In this document: positions 1 to 11,242 of the stretch, one piece after another | Layout: every line of letters starts with the position of its first letter | Position numbering within the stretch: position 1 is the stretch's first letter | Assembly (NCBI RefSeq): GCF_000014785.1 | Contig: NC_008340.1 | Coordinates: 2,970,001 to 3,002,000 of the forward strand | Origin: Alkalilimnicola ehrlichii MLHE-1 | GTDB lineage: Bacteria > Pseudomonadota > Gammaproteobacteria > Nitrococcales > Halorhodospiraceae | Direction of reading: 5' to 3' | Length of the DNA stretch: 32,000 nucleotides | Position numbers and translations under genes: made by a program | The notes under the pieces: model-generated | Told to the model about the DNA's origin: nothing | Seen by the model: only the letters and a program-made list of their open reading frames with translations | Databases searched by the model: none

Positions 1-40
1 GCTCATCGCGTCTCCCAGGGTCTGCTTGGTACGGGCGAAC

Positions 41-1417
41 TCAGAGGAAGGTCACACCGACCGAGAACAGGCGCTCCACCTCCGGCACACGCTTCTTGTC
101 CACCAAGAAGAGTATGACGTGATCCTCGGGCTCGATGACCAGGTCGTGGTGCGCCATCAGCACCTCATCGCCCCGGACCACCGCGCCGATGGTGGTGCCC
201 GGCGGCAGGCGGATCTCGTCGATGGCCCGGCCGATGACCCGCGAACTGGCCGGGGTGCCGTGGGCCACCGCCTCCATGGCCTCGGCCGCACCGCGCCGCA
301 GGGAGTGCACATTGGCCATATCACCCCGGCGGATGTGCGCCAGCAGGCTGCCGATGGTGGCCTGCTGCGGCGACACGGCGATGTCGATATCCTCGCTGGA
401 CTGGATCAGCTCCACGTAGGCGGCCCGGTTGATCAGCGCCATCACCTGGCGGGCGCCCAGGCGCTTGGCCAGCATGGCGGACAGGATGTTGGCCTCATCG
501 TCGTTGGTCACCGCGCAGAAGACATCGGTGTTCTCGATGTTCTCCTCCAGCAGCAGCTCCTCATCGGCGGCGTCGCCCAGCAGCACGATGGCGCGCTTGA
601 GCTCCTCGGAGATCTCCCGGGCTCGCTCCGGTGAGTGCTCGATGAGCTTGACCTGGTAGCGACGCTCCAGGGCCTGGGCCAAGCGCTTGCCGATGTTGCC
701 ACCGCCGGCGATGGTGAGCCGCTTCACCGGCTTTTCCAGCCGGCGCAGCTCACTCATGACCGCACGGATATCCTTCTTCGCGGCAATGAAAAAGACCTCG
801 TCACCGGCCTCGATCACCGTGTCACCCTCAGGCAGGATGGGCTTGCCCCGGCGGAAGATGGCGGCCACCCGGGTGGGCGTGCCCGGCATGTGCTCGCGCA
901 GGGTCGAGAGCTCATGTCCCACCAGCGGCCCGCCGTAATAGGCCCGCACGCAGACCAGTCGTACCCGGCCCTGGGCGAAATCCAGCACCTGTAGCGCCCC
1001 GGGGTGCTCAACCAGCCGCTGCACGTAGTCGGTGACCAGCTGTTCGGGGCTGATGATGACATCGATGGGCAGCGCGTCGGGGCTGAACAGCTGTGGATAG
1101 GTCAAATACTCCACCGCCCGGACGCGGGCGATCTTGGTGGGGGTATGGAACAGGGTGTAGGCCACCTGACAGGCGGTCATGTTGGCCTCATCCGAGTTGG
1201 TCACCGCCAGGATCATGTCCGCGTCCGGGGCACCGGCCCGTTCCAGCACCTCGGGGTAGGTGCCACTGCCGTGGACCGTACGGATATCGAGACGGTCCTG
1301 CAGATCCTGCAGCACCCCCACGCGGGTATCGACCACGGTGATGTCGTTGGCCTCGCTGGAGAGGTTCTCGGCCACGGTGCTGCCCACCTGACCGGCGCCG
1401 AGGATGATGATCTTCAT
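41..1417 (-). CDS. trkA: Trk system potassium uptake protein TrkA (two RCK N/C repeats)
   Basis: 458-aa ORF starting [20 protein letters not shown]; second nucleotide-binding repeat ([19 protein letters not shown]); last gene of the def-fmt-rsmB-trkA type cluster. Confidence 0.97.
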   Translation of the reverse strand: MKIIILGAGQVGSTVAENLSSEANDITVVDTRVGVLQDLQDRLDIRTVHGSGTYPEVLERAGAPDADMILAVTNSDEANMTACQVAYTLFHTPTKIARVRAVEYLTYPQLFSPDALPIDVIISPEQLVTDYVQRLVEHPGALQVLDFAQGRVRLVCVRAYYGGPLVGHELSTLREHMPGTPTRVAAIFRRGKPILPEGDTVIEAGDEVFFIAAKKDIRAVMSELRRLEKPVKRLTIAGGGNIGKRLAQALERRYQVKLIEHSPERAREISEELKRAIVLLGDAADEELLLEENIENTDVFCAVTNDDEANILSAMLAKRLGARQVMALINRAAYVELIQSSEDIDIAVSPQQATIGSLLAHIRRGDMANVHSLRRGAAEAMEAVAHGTPASSRVIGRAIDEIRLPPGTTIGAVVRGDEVLMAHHDLVIEPEDHVILFLVDKKRVPEVERLFSVGVTFL

Positions 1418-1430
1418 ACCCGCTCCCTGC

Positions 1431-2801
1431 TCATGCGCTCTCCCTGGGATCGATACCCAGTGCCTTGAGTTTGCGGTAGAGGTGGGTGCGTTCCATGCCG
1501 GTCAACCGGGCCAGCTGGCCCACGCTGCCCTGGGCACGACGGAGCTGCTCCTGCAGGTAGCGCCGCTCGAACGCCTCCCGGGCCTCGCGCAGGGGCAACT
1601 CCAGGTGGAGATCGGCGGACAGCCCCCGGCCGGCGCCGGTGCCCTCGCGCGCCGCCTCCTCCAGCGCCGCCTCGACCTCGTCAACGTCGATCTTCTCGCC
1701 CTCGCCCATGATCAACAGGCGTTGCACCAGATTCTCCAGCTCCCGCACATTACCCGGCCAGCTATGATTGCGCAGGCGGTTCTGCGCCGCCAGCGTGAAC
1801 TCACGGTACTGCAGGCCGTCGCGCTCCACCAGCCGATTGACGTAGTACTGGAGCAGCTCGGGGACGTCCTCCACATGCTCCCGGAGCGCCGGCACCACCA
1901 GCGGCACCACGTCCAGATAGTAGTAGAAATCCTCCCGGAACCGACCGGCGCGCACGGCGTCCGCCAGCTCCACCCGGGTGCCTGCGATCAGGCGCACATC
2001 CAGGTCCACCACCCTGGCACCCCCCTGACGTTGGAACCGACCGGCCTTGAGCACGCCGAGCAGGTGCCCCTGAAGGGCTGGCTCCATCTCACAGACGTCA
2101 GCCAGATACAGGGTCCCCCCCTGCGCCAGCTCCAGGGCACCGGGGACGGTCTCGCCCTCACGCTCCAGGCCACACAGGTCGGCCACCCCCAGCCCCTCAC
2201 CCAGCCCACCCGCGCTCACTTCGATAAAGGGGCCGGCCCGGCGCGGGCTGTGCTCATGGATATAGCGGGCGATGCAGCGCTTGCCCGAGCCCGCCTCACC
2301 GCGCAGCAGCACTCGGGTGTCGTGCACCGCGATCCGCCGCGCATCCTCGCGCAACCGGCGCATCGCCTGGCTTTTCCCCACCGGCTCCGGGGCCGGCTCG
2401 GCGCCCACCCCGGGCTGCGGCGGGCGCGGGCGGGCCGCCTCCAGGGCCCGCTCCACGGTCAGCAGCAGCTTGGGCATGGAGAGCGGTTTCTCGATAAAAT
2501 CCCAGGCACCGAGCCGGGTCGCCTCCACCGCCGTCTCCACGGTCCCGTGGCCGGACATCATCACCACCGGGCACGCCGGCCCACCCCCCTCGGTCCACTC
2601 CTTGAGCAGGGTGACGCCGTCCACGTCGGGCATCCAGATATCGAGCAACACCAGGTCCGGCACCGGATCCCGCATGGCCTCGCGGGCGGAGGCGCCGTCA
2701 TGGGCGGTACGCACGCGGTAACCCTCATCCTTGAGGATCTCCTCCACCAGGTCACGGATCTCCTGCTCGTCGTCGACAACCAGAATCTGTGCGCTACTCA
2801 T
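1431..2801 (-). CDS. NtrX-family response regulator (REC + AAA+ + Fis-type HTH) with degenerate sigma54-activator motifs
   Basis: 456-aa ORF; intact REC domain (VDDE...[14 protein letters not shown]); C-terminal HTH ([21 protein letters not shown]); directly downstream of an NtrY-like kinase. GAFTGA is absent. Confidence 0.9.
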   Translation of the reverse strand: MSSAQILVVDDEQEIRDLVEEILKDEGYRVRTAHDGASAREAMRDPVPDLVLLDIWMPDVDGVTLLKEWTEGGGPACPVVMMSGHGTVETAVEATRLGAWDFIEKPLSMPKLLLTVERALEAARPRPPQPGVGAEPAPEPVGKSQAMRRLREDARRIAVHDTRVLLRGEAGSGKRCIARYIHEHSPRRAGPFIEVSAGGLGEGLGVADLCGLEREGETVPGALELAQGGTLYLADVCEMEPALQGHLLGVLKAGRFQRQGGARVVDLDVRLIAGTRVELADAVRAGRFREDFYYYLDVVPLVVPALREHVEDVPELLQYYVNRLVERDGLQYREFTLAAQNRLRNHSWPGNVRELENLVQRLLIMGEGEKIDVDEVEAALEEAAREGTGAGRGLSADLHLELPLREAREAFERRYLQEQLRRAQGSVGQLARLTGMERTHLYRKLKALGIDPRESA

Positions 2802-2807
2802 TCGGCG

Positions 2808-5024
2808 TTACTCCCCGGGCGCACTCAGCGCGCCCTGTTCCTGAGGCAGAGGGAAGCGCATGCTGATGCAGGCCCCCCCGCCGTCGCTGTTACGGGCACT
2901 GATGCTGCCGCCATGCTCCTCGACGATCTTCTTGACGATGGGCAGCCCCAGGCCGGTCCCCCGGGCCTTGGTGGTGACATAGGGCTCGAACAGACTGGCC
3001 AGCATCTCGGCATTGAAACCCGGCCCGTTGTCGCAGACCCGCAGCCGGACCTTGCGGCCACCGGGCACATCCTCCCAATCGGTCTCCAGGCGCACGCGGG
3101 TCTCGCCCTCGGCCGCCTCCTGGGCGTTCTTGATAAGATTGTGCAGCAGCTGCCGCAGCCGGCCGGCATCGGCGCGGATCGCAGGCAACCCCTCAGCCGG
3201 CGCCATTTCCAGCACCAGCCCCGACTCCCCGCGGTAGAGCTCGGCCACCTCCGCCACCAGGGTGTTGAGATCCACCCGCTCCAGGCGCAGCCGCGGTGGC
3301 CGGGCGTACTCCGAAAAGGCGTTGACCATCTCCTTCATGGCGCTGACCTGGCGCACGATGGTACCGGTGGAACGCTCCAGCAACTCGGCGTCGCGCCCCT
3401 CCAGGCGTCCGGAGAGCTTATGGCGCAGGCGTTCGGCGGACAACTGAATGGGGGTAAGCGGGTTCTTGATCTCGTGGGCCAGGCGCCGCGCCACCTCCCC
3501 CCAGGCGGCGTCGCGCTGGGCCTGGATGAGCGTGGTGATGTCGTCGATCACGATCACGTGGCCGCCGCTCTGGCGATGCCCCGGCAGAGTGGCCCCGCTC
3601 AGCATCAGCACCCGTTCGCCCTCCTCCGCCGGCAGGGTGACCTGTTCGCGCCACTCGGTATCGCCACTGTCCAGGTGACGCACCACCACCTCGGCGAGCC
3701 CCGCCAGCCGCGGTGCGGCGGTCGCCAGCTGCTGGAGGTTGCCCCCGGTATAGCGGGTGAGCCGGACCCCCAGGATCTCCTCCAGCGCCCGGTTGCTGGT
3801 ACGGAACCGGCCCTGGGCATCCAGCGCCAGCACCCCCGACGACAGCCGGCCCAGCACGGTCTCCAGGTAGGCCCGCTGCCGCTCCACCTGCGCCTGGCTG
3901 CGCCGGGCGCTGTCCCGGGTGCGGGCGATCCGGCGGCTCATATCGTTGAACGACTCGACCAGGAAGCCCAGCTCGTCCCGGCTACCCGCACGCAGCTGGG
4001 TGCCGTAATCACCGGCGGCCACCGCCCGCGTGCCCTCCGCTAGATTGCGGATGGGTGCCACCATGCGACGGGCGAGGAAGAAGGCGGTCCAGACAGCGAA
4101 CAGCAGGCTGAGCAACAGCACCAGCGAGAGGGTGAGGATGAAGCTGTCTTTGAGCGGCTGGCGCAGGAAGGCGATCTCACGGTACTCACCGTAGGCCGTC
4201 TGCACCTCCTCGGCCAGCGCCCCCAGGCGCGAGGGGATGGGGAAATAGGCCTCGAGAAAGCGGGTGTCGCCGGGGCCGGCTGGCCCGCGGGTGGGCACCA
4301 CCACCCGGGCCTGCAGCTCACCGTCGTCCATCGGATCCAGGGCCACATAGGGCAGCCCCTGGCGCAGCTGCAGGAGGATCTCCTCCTCCGGGCGGTGCGG
4401 CAGGGTGGCGGAAGGTTCTGCACTGCTGGTCGCGATAATCTGGCCACTGGACCGCAGCAGGGTGACCTCGGTGGCGCGTAACTGTTGCCGGAGGTCATTC
4501 AGGGTGAGGGCGGCCAGTGACTCGGGGGTGTCGGTGAGCTCCCGCCCGGCCGCCTCCACCCGGCGCAGCAGATCGCGGGTGCGCAGATCCAACGAGGCCT
4601 GGGAGAGGGTCAGGGCGTCCTCCAGGGCGTGTTCCACCCGGACGTCGAACCAACTGTCGATGCCGGCCCGCAGAAACTGCATGGAGAAGTAATAGACCAC
4701 CGACACCGGAACCACCGCCAGCAACACAAACACGGCCACCAGGCGCACCGTCAAGCGGCTGCCCACCTGCCCCCGGCGCCGCTGGCGGTAGAGGCGCCAG
4801 AGATTGGCGGCGATCACGCTGAGCAGCAACACCAGGCCGATGCTGTTGACGGCAATCAGCCAGACGTAGAGCCGGCCGAAGCGCTCCGTGTTCTCGGTGG
4901 CCACCGAGAGCAGGTACAGGGAGGCCAGCAGCACGACGCAGAGGACCAGCCGCAGCCAGCCCTCGCCTCTCAGGCCGTTCAGGGCTCGACGTGCCATGTG
5001 TACCAGTCGCTCTGCAACCGCCAC
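2808..5024 (-). CDS. NtrY-like membrane sensor histidine kinase (TM, HAMP, PAS, HisKA, HATPase)
   Basis: 738-aa ORF; H-box [20 protein letters not shown]; N/G boxes ([33 protein letters not shown]); N-terminal TM helices. The start may be internal (MARRALNG, 4997), which would shorten the overlap with the upstream gene. Confidence 0.93.
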   Translation of the reverse strand: MAVAERLVHMARRALNGLRGEGWLRLVLCVVLLASLYLLSVATENTERFGRLYVWLIAVNSIGLVLLLSVIAANLWRLYRQRRRGQVGSRLTVRLVAVFVLLAVVPVSVVYYFSMQFLRAGIDSWFDVRVEHALEDALTLSQASLDLRTRDLLRRVEAAGRELTDTPESLAALTLNDLRQQLRATEVTLLRSSGQIIATSSAEPSATLPHRPEEEILLQLRQGLPYVALDPMDDGELQARVVVPTRGPAGPGDTRFLEAYFPIPSRLGALAEEVQTAYGEYREIAFLRQPLKDSFILTLSLVLLLSLLFAVWTAFFLARRMVAPIRNLAEGTRAVAAGDYGTQLRAGSRDELGFLVESFNDMSRRIARTRDSARRSQAQVERQRAYLETVLGRLSSGVLALDAQGRFRTSNRALEEILGVRLTRYTGGNLQQLATAAPRLAGLAEVVVRHLDSGDTEWREQVTLPAEEGERVLMLSGATLPGHRQSGGHVIVIDDITTLIQAQRDAAWGEVARRLAHEIKNPLTPIQLSAERLRHKLSGRLEGRDAELLERSTGTIVRQVSAMKEMVNAFSEYARPPRLRLERVDLNTLVAEVAELYRGESGLVLEMAPAEGLPAIRADAGRLRQLLHNLIKNAQEAAEGETRVRLETDWEDVPGGRKVRLRVCDNGPGFNAEMLASLFEPYVTTKARGTGLGLPIVKKIVEEHGGSISARNSDGGGACISMRFPLPQEQGALSAPGE

Positions 5025-5569
5025 TGGGGTGACATATAGGCCACCGCCTGCAACGGCTGTGGCAGTGCCTCAGTGTCCAAGCGCACACGCAGTCGCACCT
5101 GGTAACGCTCACCGGCGCTCAGGTCCTCCTCCCGCGCCACCAGCAGCCCCTCGACCTCGCTGAGGGCCCGCAACAGGCTGTCAAGACGGGCGAAAGAGCG
5201 GCTCTCGCCACTGTTGAGATCGGTCAACACGAAACGGCGGCTGAGGGCGTGATAGCGGATACGGTAACGGTTGCTGAAGTTGACCACCTCGGCATCCCAC
5301 CACCACCAACGGGGCTGCACGATCTCCAGTCGCAGCTCCAGGGTCAGGGGCACGCCGTTGTCCAGGGCCGCCTCGGTCTCCTCCGAGAACCGCAACCGGA
5401 GTGCGGCGCTGAGCCAGTAACTGCCCTCGTCCAGATCCAGCCCGGCCGACTCCACCTCGAACCCCGGGGCCTCGTCCGCCACCACGGGCGCCGTCCCCAG
5501 CAGGCACAGCACCGCCCACAGCCACACGCAAAGGAGCGGCGGCATCGCGCGGGGCCGTGCGGTTGTCAT
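4979..5569 (-). CDS. DUF4390-family secreted/periplasmic protein
   Basis: Within the 4979..5785 ORF. The likely start is MTTARPRAMPPLLCVWLWAVLCLLGTAPVVA at 5569, which has a signal peptide and overlaps the rsmB stop by 4 nt. Position between rsmB and ntrY fits DUF4390. Confidence 0.8.
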   Translation of the reverse strand: MTTARPRAMPPLLCVWLWAVLCLLGTAPVVADEAPGFEVESAGLDLDEGSYWLSAALRLRFSEETEAALDNGVPLTLELRLEIVQPRWWWWDAEVVNFSNRYRIRYHALSRRFVLTDLNSGESRSFARLDSLLRALSEVEGLLVAREEDLSAGERYQVRLRVRLDTEALPQPLQAVAYMSPQWRLQSDWYTWHVEP

Positions 5570-6879
5570 GGCCTGTGGAGACACGCGTAGTAGAATCCGT
5601 CCATTCCCCCGTTGCCCGCGAGGATTTGCCCGTCGTCCGCCGGGAAGCCGGGTGGCCAGCCGGCGGGCAACCACTGTGCCTCCGGGTGCGCCCGGAGGAA
5701 ATGCGCCACTACCCGGCTGTTCTCGGCCTTCAGCACTGAACAAGTAGCGTAAACGAGCCGCCCCCCGGGGGCCAGCAGTCCCCACAACGCCTCCAGCAAC
5801 CGCCCCTGCCCGTCGGCCAAGCGGGCGATGTCATCGGGGCGCCGCAGATGGCGGATGTCCGGGTGGCGGCGGATGACCCCGGTGCCCGAACAGGGGGCAT
5901 CCAGCAGGATTCGCTGATAGGGGCGTCCGTCCCACCAGGTCTCCGGCCGGGCCGCGTCGCCAGCAAGGCAGCGGGCCTCCCGCCGCAATCGCTGCAGATT
6001 GGCGCGCACCTGCCCGAGACGGCCCTCGCTGATGTCCAGGGCGGTGAGCTCGATCCCCGGGCAGTGCTCCAGCAGGTGGCCCGTCTTGCCGCCCGGGGCG
6101 GCGCAGGCGTCCAGCACCCGCTCACCGGGGCGGCAGGCCAGCAAGGGCGCAGCCCACTGCGCCGCCTCGTCCTGCACGGACAGCCGCCCGTCCGCAAAAC
6201 CGGGCAGCTCATCCACCGCGGCCGGGCGCGCCAGGGTGACCGCAGTCGGGGTCCAGGGGCTGGGCTGTGCCGGGCAGCCCGCGTCGTCCAGGGCCTGCAG
6301 GGCCTCCTCCCGGCTCCAGCGCGTGAGGTCGACCCGCAGGGTCATGGGCGGGCGCTGCTGGTTCGCCGCGGCGAGGGCCTGCCAGCGATCGGGCCAGTCC
6401 CGGCGCAGGGTATCCAGCAACCAAGCGGGCAGCGCATAGCGGGTGGCGGGGTCGGCATCCAGCGCCGGAAGCAGGCGATCCGCCTCCCGCTGGGCCCGAC
6501 GAAGCACCGCGTTGATCAGCCCCCGGGCCCACCCCTTGCCCAGCCGGGGCGCCACCGCCACGGTCTCGGCCACGGCGGCGTGGGGCGGGATACGGGTCTC
6601 GAGCAATTGGTACAGGCCGCAGAGCAGCAGCCGTTGCAGATCCGCATCCTTGCCGCGCAGGGGCTTGTCCAGCAGCCGGTGGGCCAGCGCCCGCAATCGG
6701 TCGTGCCAGCGCAGGACCCCATAGCAGAGCTCCGCCAGCAGCGCGGCGTCGCGGGGGGGCAGGCCCTGCTGGGCCCTGGGCAGGGCCTGGTCCAGGGACT
6801 GATGCTGATCCAGCACCTGGCCGAGGCACTGCACCGCGCGCTGACGCACCGGTGGCTGCCCACGCGCCCGCCGCGCCAC
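5566..6879 (-). CDS. rsmB: 16S rRNA m5C967 methyltransferase RsmB
   Basis: 437 aa; NusB-like N-terminus plus SAM-methyltransferase motifs (VLDACAAPGGKTGHLLE, ILLDAPCSGTGVIRRHPD); downstream of fmt. Confidence 0.96.
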   Translation of the reverse strand: MARRARGQPPVRQRAVQCLGQVLDQHQSLDQALPRAQQGLPPRDAALLAELCYGVLRWHDRLRALAHRLLDKPLRGKDADLQRLLLCGLYQLLETRIPPHAAVAETVAVAPRLGKGWARGLINAVLRRAQREADRLLPALDADPATRYALPAWLLDTLRRDWPDRWQALAAANQQRPPMTLRVDLTRWSREEALQALDDAGCPAQPSPWTPTAVTLARPAAVDELPGFADGRLSVQDEAAQWAAPLLACRPGERVLDACAAPGGKTGHLLEHCPGIELTALDISEGRLGQVRANLQRLRREARCLAGDAARPETWWDGRPYQRILLDAPCSGTGVIRRHPDIRHLRRPDDIARLADGQGRLLEALWGLLAPGGRLVYATCSVLKAENSRVVAHFLRAHPEAQWLPAGWPPGFPADDGQILAGNGGMDGFYYACLHRP

Positions 6880-6882
6880 CGC

Positions 6883-7827
6883 TCAGCCCAGTCGTTCGCC
6901 GGCCTGCAGGGCCCGGCCGTTGAGGAATTCACGCACCCCGAGGGGGCGGCCGCCGGCGGCTTGCAGCGTCTGCAACCGCAATGCCCCTTCGCCGGCGACC
7001 ACCACGATGCCGTCGCCATCGGCGCGAACCACGGTGCCCGGCGCGGCATCGCCGGCCGGAGCGGCCACCGGCTCCGCCTCCCAGACCCGCAGCACCTGGC
7101 CCTGGCAAAGGGTCTGCGCCACTGGCCAGGGGTTGAAGGCGCGGACCTGGCGGTCCAGCTGCCGGGCATCCCGGCGCCAGTCCAGCCAGGCCTCGTCCTT
7201 GCGAAGCTTATCGGCATAGCAGACGCCCGCTTCCGGCTGGGGCTGCGCAGGAAGGCGGTCGGCCAGGAGGTCGTCCAGCCGGTCGTGCAACAGTGTGCCC
7301 GCCAGGGCCGCCAGCCGGTCGTGCAGACTGCCGCCGGTCTCCCGCGGGCCGATGGGGCAGCGGGCCCGGGCCAGCACCGGCCCGGTGTCGAGCCCCGCCT
7401 CCATGCGCATCAGGCAGACGCCAGTCTCGTCGTCGCCAGCCAGGATAGCCCGTTGAATGGGGGCCGCACCGCGCCAACGGGGCAGCAGTGAGGCGTGCAG
7501 ATTGACACAACCGAGGGCAGGGATCTGCAGCACCGCCTGGGGCAGGATGAGGCCGTAGGCGATCACCACCATCAGGTCCGGCGCCAACTCCGCCAACTCG
7601 GCCTGCGCCCGCGGGTCGCGCAAGCTCTCCGGTTGCCGGACCGGCAGGCCCTGGGCCTCGGCCTGCTGTTTCACCGGCGAGGGCCGGGGCCGGCGGCCGC
7701 GCCCGGCGCGCCGGTCCGGCTGGGTGTAGACCGCCACCGGCCGGTGTCCGGCCTCGAGCAGGGCCTGCAGGGAGGGGACGGCAAAATCGGGGGTGCCGGC
7801 GAAGACCAGGCGAGGGGCGCCGCTCAT
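6883..7827 (-). CDS. fmt: Methionyl-tRNA formyltransferase
   Basis: 314 aa; [24 protein letters not shown]; [20 protein letters not shown] motif; overlaps def by 4 nt. Confidence 0.98.
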
Positions 7828-8360
7828 GCCCGCCCCGTCTGCCCGCCCACGTTCACCCGCCCCTGGCGCACCAGCTTCTCCAGTTTGCGCCGAATGCGCT
7901 TTCGCTTCAGCTCAGAGAGGTAGTCCACGAACAGTTTGCCGTCCAAGTGGTCGATCTCGTGCTGCACGCACACCGCCATCAGGCCCTCGGCCTCCTGCTC
8001 CCAGGGGCGCCCCTCGCGGTCCAGGGCGCGGAAGCGGATCCGCTCGGCGCGTTCCACGTCCTCATAGAACCCGGGGATGGACAGACAGCCCTCTTGCCCC
8101 GTGGCGGCGCCCTCCCGGTCCAGAATCTCCGGATTGATCAGGACCAGCGGTTGGCGTGCGCCCTCCTCGGCCAGGTCCATCACGACCACCCGCTGGTTGA
8201 CGCCCACCTGGGTGGCCGCCAGGCCGATGCCCTGGGCGTCATACATGGTCTCCAACATGTCGTCCGCCAGCCGCCGGATGTCATCATCCACCTGCGCCAC
8301 GGGGGCGGCCACCTCGCGCAGACGGGGATCGGGGTAAACCAATATATCCAGAATGGCCAT
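7824..8360 (-). CDS. def: Peptide deformylase
   Basis: Start at [15 protein letters not shown] (8360), not the longer ORF start. Motifs [18 protein letters not shown] and [12 protein letters not shown] present. Confidence 0.98.
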
Positions 8361-8527
8361 GGCTCGTTGCCGCTCGACAGGGGTTGCTGCTAGCCTTAAC
8401 CCGGTGAATGAATGCGTGCCGGCCCGGCGACGCCACGGATGGTGGGTCGCGCGTTCGCCGGGGGGTAACCTTAACATAGACGCGCTGAGGCGGGCCGGCA
8501 GCCTCTTGCGTACCGCAGGGAACGTCC

Positions 8528-9544
8528 ATGCGAACAGGAAAGCTGCTCGGGCTGCTCGCCCTAATGCTGTTCAGTGTCTCGGTGCTCGCCGGCGACCTGA
8601 TACGATCAGACCACCCGGAACGGTATGAAGTTCAGCGTGGCGACACCCTCTGGGACATCTCCGCCCGCTTCCTCCGGGACCCGTGGAACTGGCCGGCGAT
8701 CTGGCAGGCCAATCCGGAGATAGAGAATCCCCACCTCATCTTTCCGGGCGATATCCTGCGCCTGAGCTGGGTGGACGGAGAGCCGCGCATCCAGGTCGAG
8801 GACCGGGTGGTCCGACTCTCGCCGCGGGTCCGGGAGACCGCGCTGGAGGAGGCGATCCCCACCATCCCGATGTCCGCCATCCGCCCCTTCCTCGCCCGCA
8901 GCCACATCCTTGACGAGGCCACGCTGGACGCCGCCCCCTACGTCCTCACCGGTCGCGAGGGCCGGGTGCTGAGCGCGGCCGGTGATCACATCTATGCCCG
9001 CGGCCTGACCGAGGACGCCGCCGACGCCTTCAACCTGGTTCGCCGTGGCGATCCGATTACCGACCCGGACACCGGGGAGACGTTGGGCTACGAGGCCATC
9101 GACCTGGGTGACGCCGAATTGCTGAGCAACGGCGACCCGGCGACCCTCCAGGTCACCCGCAGCAGCCGCGAGATCCGCGCCGGGGACCGGCTGGTGGAGG
9201 GCATCACCGAACTGCGCCGGGCGCAGCTCACGCTGGGTGTGCCGGACGACCCGGATTTTGCGGGACGTATCGTGCACGTGCTGGACGGTGTGCGCCAGGT
9301 GGGCCAGTTCAGCGTCGTGGTGGTCAACCGCGGCGCCGAGGACGGCCTGGAACCCGGCCACGTGCTGAGGGTCTTCAGCGCCACCGAAACCGCCCGGGAT
9401 CCGGTCACCCGCGAGGTGGTGGAACTGCCCGAGGAGGACGCCGGCGACCTGGTGATCTTCCGGAGCATGGACCGGCTGTCACTGGGCCTGGTCATGGAGG
9501 CGCGCCGCCCCATGCAGGTCCTGGACAAGGTGCGCCGGCCCTGA
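8528..9544 (+). CDS. LysM peptidoglycan-binding domain protein with signal peptide
   Basis: 338 aa; signal peptide, then [47 protein letters not shown] (LysM); upstream of dprA as in many gammaproteobacteria. Confidence 0.92.
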   Translation: MRTGKLLGLLALMLFSVSVLAGDLIRSDHPERYEVQRGDTLWDISARFLRDPWNWPAIWQANPEIENPHLIFPGDILRLSWVDGEPRIQVEDRVVRLSPRVRETALEEAIPTIPMSAIRPFLARSHILDEATLDAAPYVLTGREGRVLSAAGDHIYARGLTEDAADAFNLVRRGDPITDPDTGETLGYEAIDLGDAELLSNGDPATLQVTRSSREIRAGDRLVEGITELRRAQLTLGVPDDPDFAGRIVHVLDGVRQVGQFSVVVVNRGAEDGLEPGHVLRVFSATETARDPVTREVVELPEEDAGDLVIFRSMDRLSLGLVMEARRPMQVLDKVRRP

Positions 9545-9567
9545 GTACGGGCACGCGCGCCCACGCT

Positions 9568-10707
9568 GTGGTGCAAGATCCCGAACTGCGGGCCCGGCTG
9601 GCGCTCTGGCGCGTCCCCGGACTGGGCGCACGCGGCTGGTGGCGGCTGATCGACCATTTCGGCAGCCCCCGACACGTCCTGGCGGCCCCGCCGGCCGAAC
9701 TGCACCGCTGCGGGCTGCCGGCGGCGGTGGTGGAGGCGATCCACGCCGCCACCCCGGAGAGCGCCGACCCGGACCTGCGCTGGCTGGAGGCAGACCCCCG
9801 CCACCACGTGCTCAGCCCGGGCGTGGACCCCGCCTACCCAACGCGTCTGGCGGAGCTGGCCGACGCCCCGCCGCTGCTCTTCGTCAAGGGCGACCCGGAG
9901 CTCTTGAGCTGGCCTCAGCTCGCCATCGTAGGCAGCCGCAACCCCACCCACAACGGCCAGGAATTGGCCCGGGATTTCGCCCAGACCCTGGCCGGGCGCG
10001 GTCTTGGCGTCACCAGCGGCCTGGCCCAGGGCATCGACACTGCCGCACACCAGGGCGCGTTGGAGGCCGGTGGTGTCACCGTCGCGGTGATGGGCACCGG
10101 GCCCGACCGGATCTACCCGGCGCGCAACCGCGCGCTCGCCCACCGGGTCGCCGCCGAGGGGGCGCTGGTCACCGAGCTGCCACCGGGGGTGGGCGTGCGC
10201 CGCAGCCACTTCCCCCGTCGCAACCGGGTGATCAGCGGCCTCTCGCTGGGCACCCTGGTGGTCGAGGCCAGCCTCAACAGCGGCTCACTGATCACCGCCT
10301 ACCAGGCGCTGGACCAGGGGCGCGATGTCTTTGCCATCCCGGGCTCCATCCACAGCCCGCTGGCCCGCGGCTGCCATCGGCTGATCCGCGACGGCGCCCG
10401 GCTGGTGGAGTCGGTGGCCGACATCCTGGAGGAACTGGATGTTCAGCAGGCCCTGCCGCTGGCCATCCCCGACAGGACAGCCGGGGTGACGGCCGACAAT
10501 GGCGGCTCCGATGCGGGGCCCGATCCGGAATACGCCGCCCTGCTTGAGGCCATGGGTCACGACCCTGTGGCCCTGGACACCCTGGTCGGCCGGTGCGGAT
10601 TGACGGCCGATGCCGTTTCCTCCATGCTGCTGCTACTGGAGCTGCAGGGGCGGGTTCAGGCCTTGCCTGGCGGCCGCTACCAGCGCACGGGGCCAGAGGA
10701 CGTGTGA
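9568..10707 (+). CDS. dprA: DNA processing protein DprA (Smf)
   Basis: 379 aa; Rossmann-like core LAIVGSRNPTHNGQELARDFA...GLGVTSGLAQGIDTAAHQGAL...GTGPDRIYPARNRALA; C-terminal winged helix. Confidence 0.97.
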   Translation: MVQDPELRARLALWRVPGLGARGWWRLIDHFGSPRHVLAAPPAELHRCGLPAAVVEAIHAATPESADPDLRWLEADPRHHVLSPGVDPAYPTRLAELADAPPLLFVKGDPELLSWPQLAIVGSRNPTHNGQELARDFAQTLAGRGLGVTSGLAQGIDTAAHQGALEAGGVTVAVMGTGPDRIYPARNRALAHRVAAEGALVTELPPGVGVRRSHFPRRNRVISGLSLGTLVVEASLNSGSLITAYQALDQGRDVFAIPGSIHSPLARGCHRLIRDGARLVESVADILEELDVQQALPLAIPDRTAGVTADNGGSDAGPDPEYAALLEAMGHDPVALDTLVGRCGLTADAVSSMLLLLELQGRVQALPGGRYQRTGPEDV

Positions 10708-11180
10708 TGAAGCAAAGCATTTTCGAAGTACTGATCTACCTGTTCGAGAACTACCTCGCCAACGACGACGAGCCCAGCCCCGACCGCGATTCCCTCGAAT
10801 CCGAACTCTTCGAAGCCGGCTTCACACCGCTGGAGATCCGCAAGGCGTTCGACTGGCTGGACGGTCTGGCGGACAGCCGCAATATGCCGGCAACGGTGAC
10901 CGGCGACCGGGCCATCCGCGTTTACCATGAGCGCGAGACCGTGCGCCTGGATGTGGAAAGCCGAGGCTTCATCCTGTTCCTGGAACAGGCCGGTATTCTC
11001 GACCGCGCCGGGCGTGAGCTGGTGATCGACCGGCTCATGGCGCTGGAAGACGACGACGTGGATCTGGACACGGTCAAATGGGTGGTCCTGATGGTGCTGT
11101 TCAACCAGCCGGGCCAGGAGGAGGCCTTCAACTGGATGGAAGACCTCCTGTTTGACAACCCAGTGCATCTCGTGCATTAA
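10707..11180 (+). CDS. smg: Smg family protein (DUF494)
   Basis: 157 aa from MKQSIFEVLIYLFENYLAND; TGATG overlap with the dprA stop; conserved dprA-smg linkage. Confidence 0.95.
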   Translation: MKQSIFEVLIYLFENYLANDDEPSPDRDSLESELFEAGFTPLEIRKAFDWLDGLADSRNMPATVTGDRAIRVYHERETVRLDVESRGFILFLEQAGILDRAGRELVIDRLMALEDDDVDLDTVKWVVLMVLFNQPGQEEAFNWMEDLLFDNPVHLVH

Positions 11181-11242
11181 ATCTCCGCTCGTCGCCTCCC
11201 CCATTCATTCTGAAAGCCGGCCCCGCCGGCTGTTGGTGCTGC

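Noticed and set aside
1-40. Possible start of the next minus-strand gene (cat at 4-6, ATGAGC), perhaps trkH
   Set aside because: Only six coding bases would lie in the window, so it cannot be supported.
1404-4043. 879-aa plus-strand ORF opposite ntrX/ntrY
   Set aside because: Shadow ORF. The opposite strand has full two-component domain motifs, while this frame has biased composition and no motif.
5848-7491. 547-aa plus-strand ORF opposite rsmB/fmt
   Set aside because: Shadow ORF of two well-supported genes.
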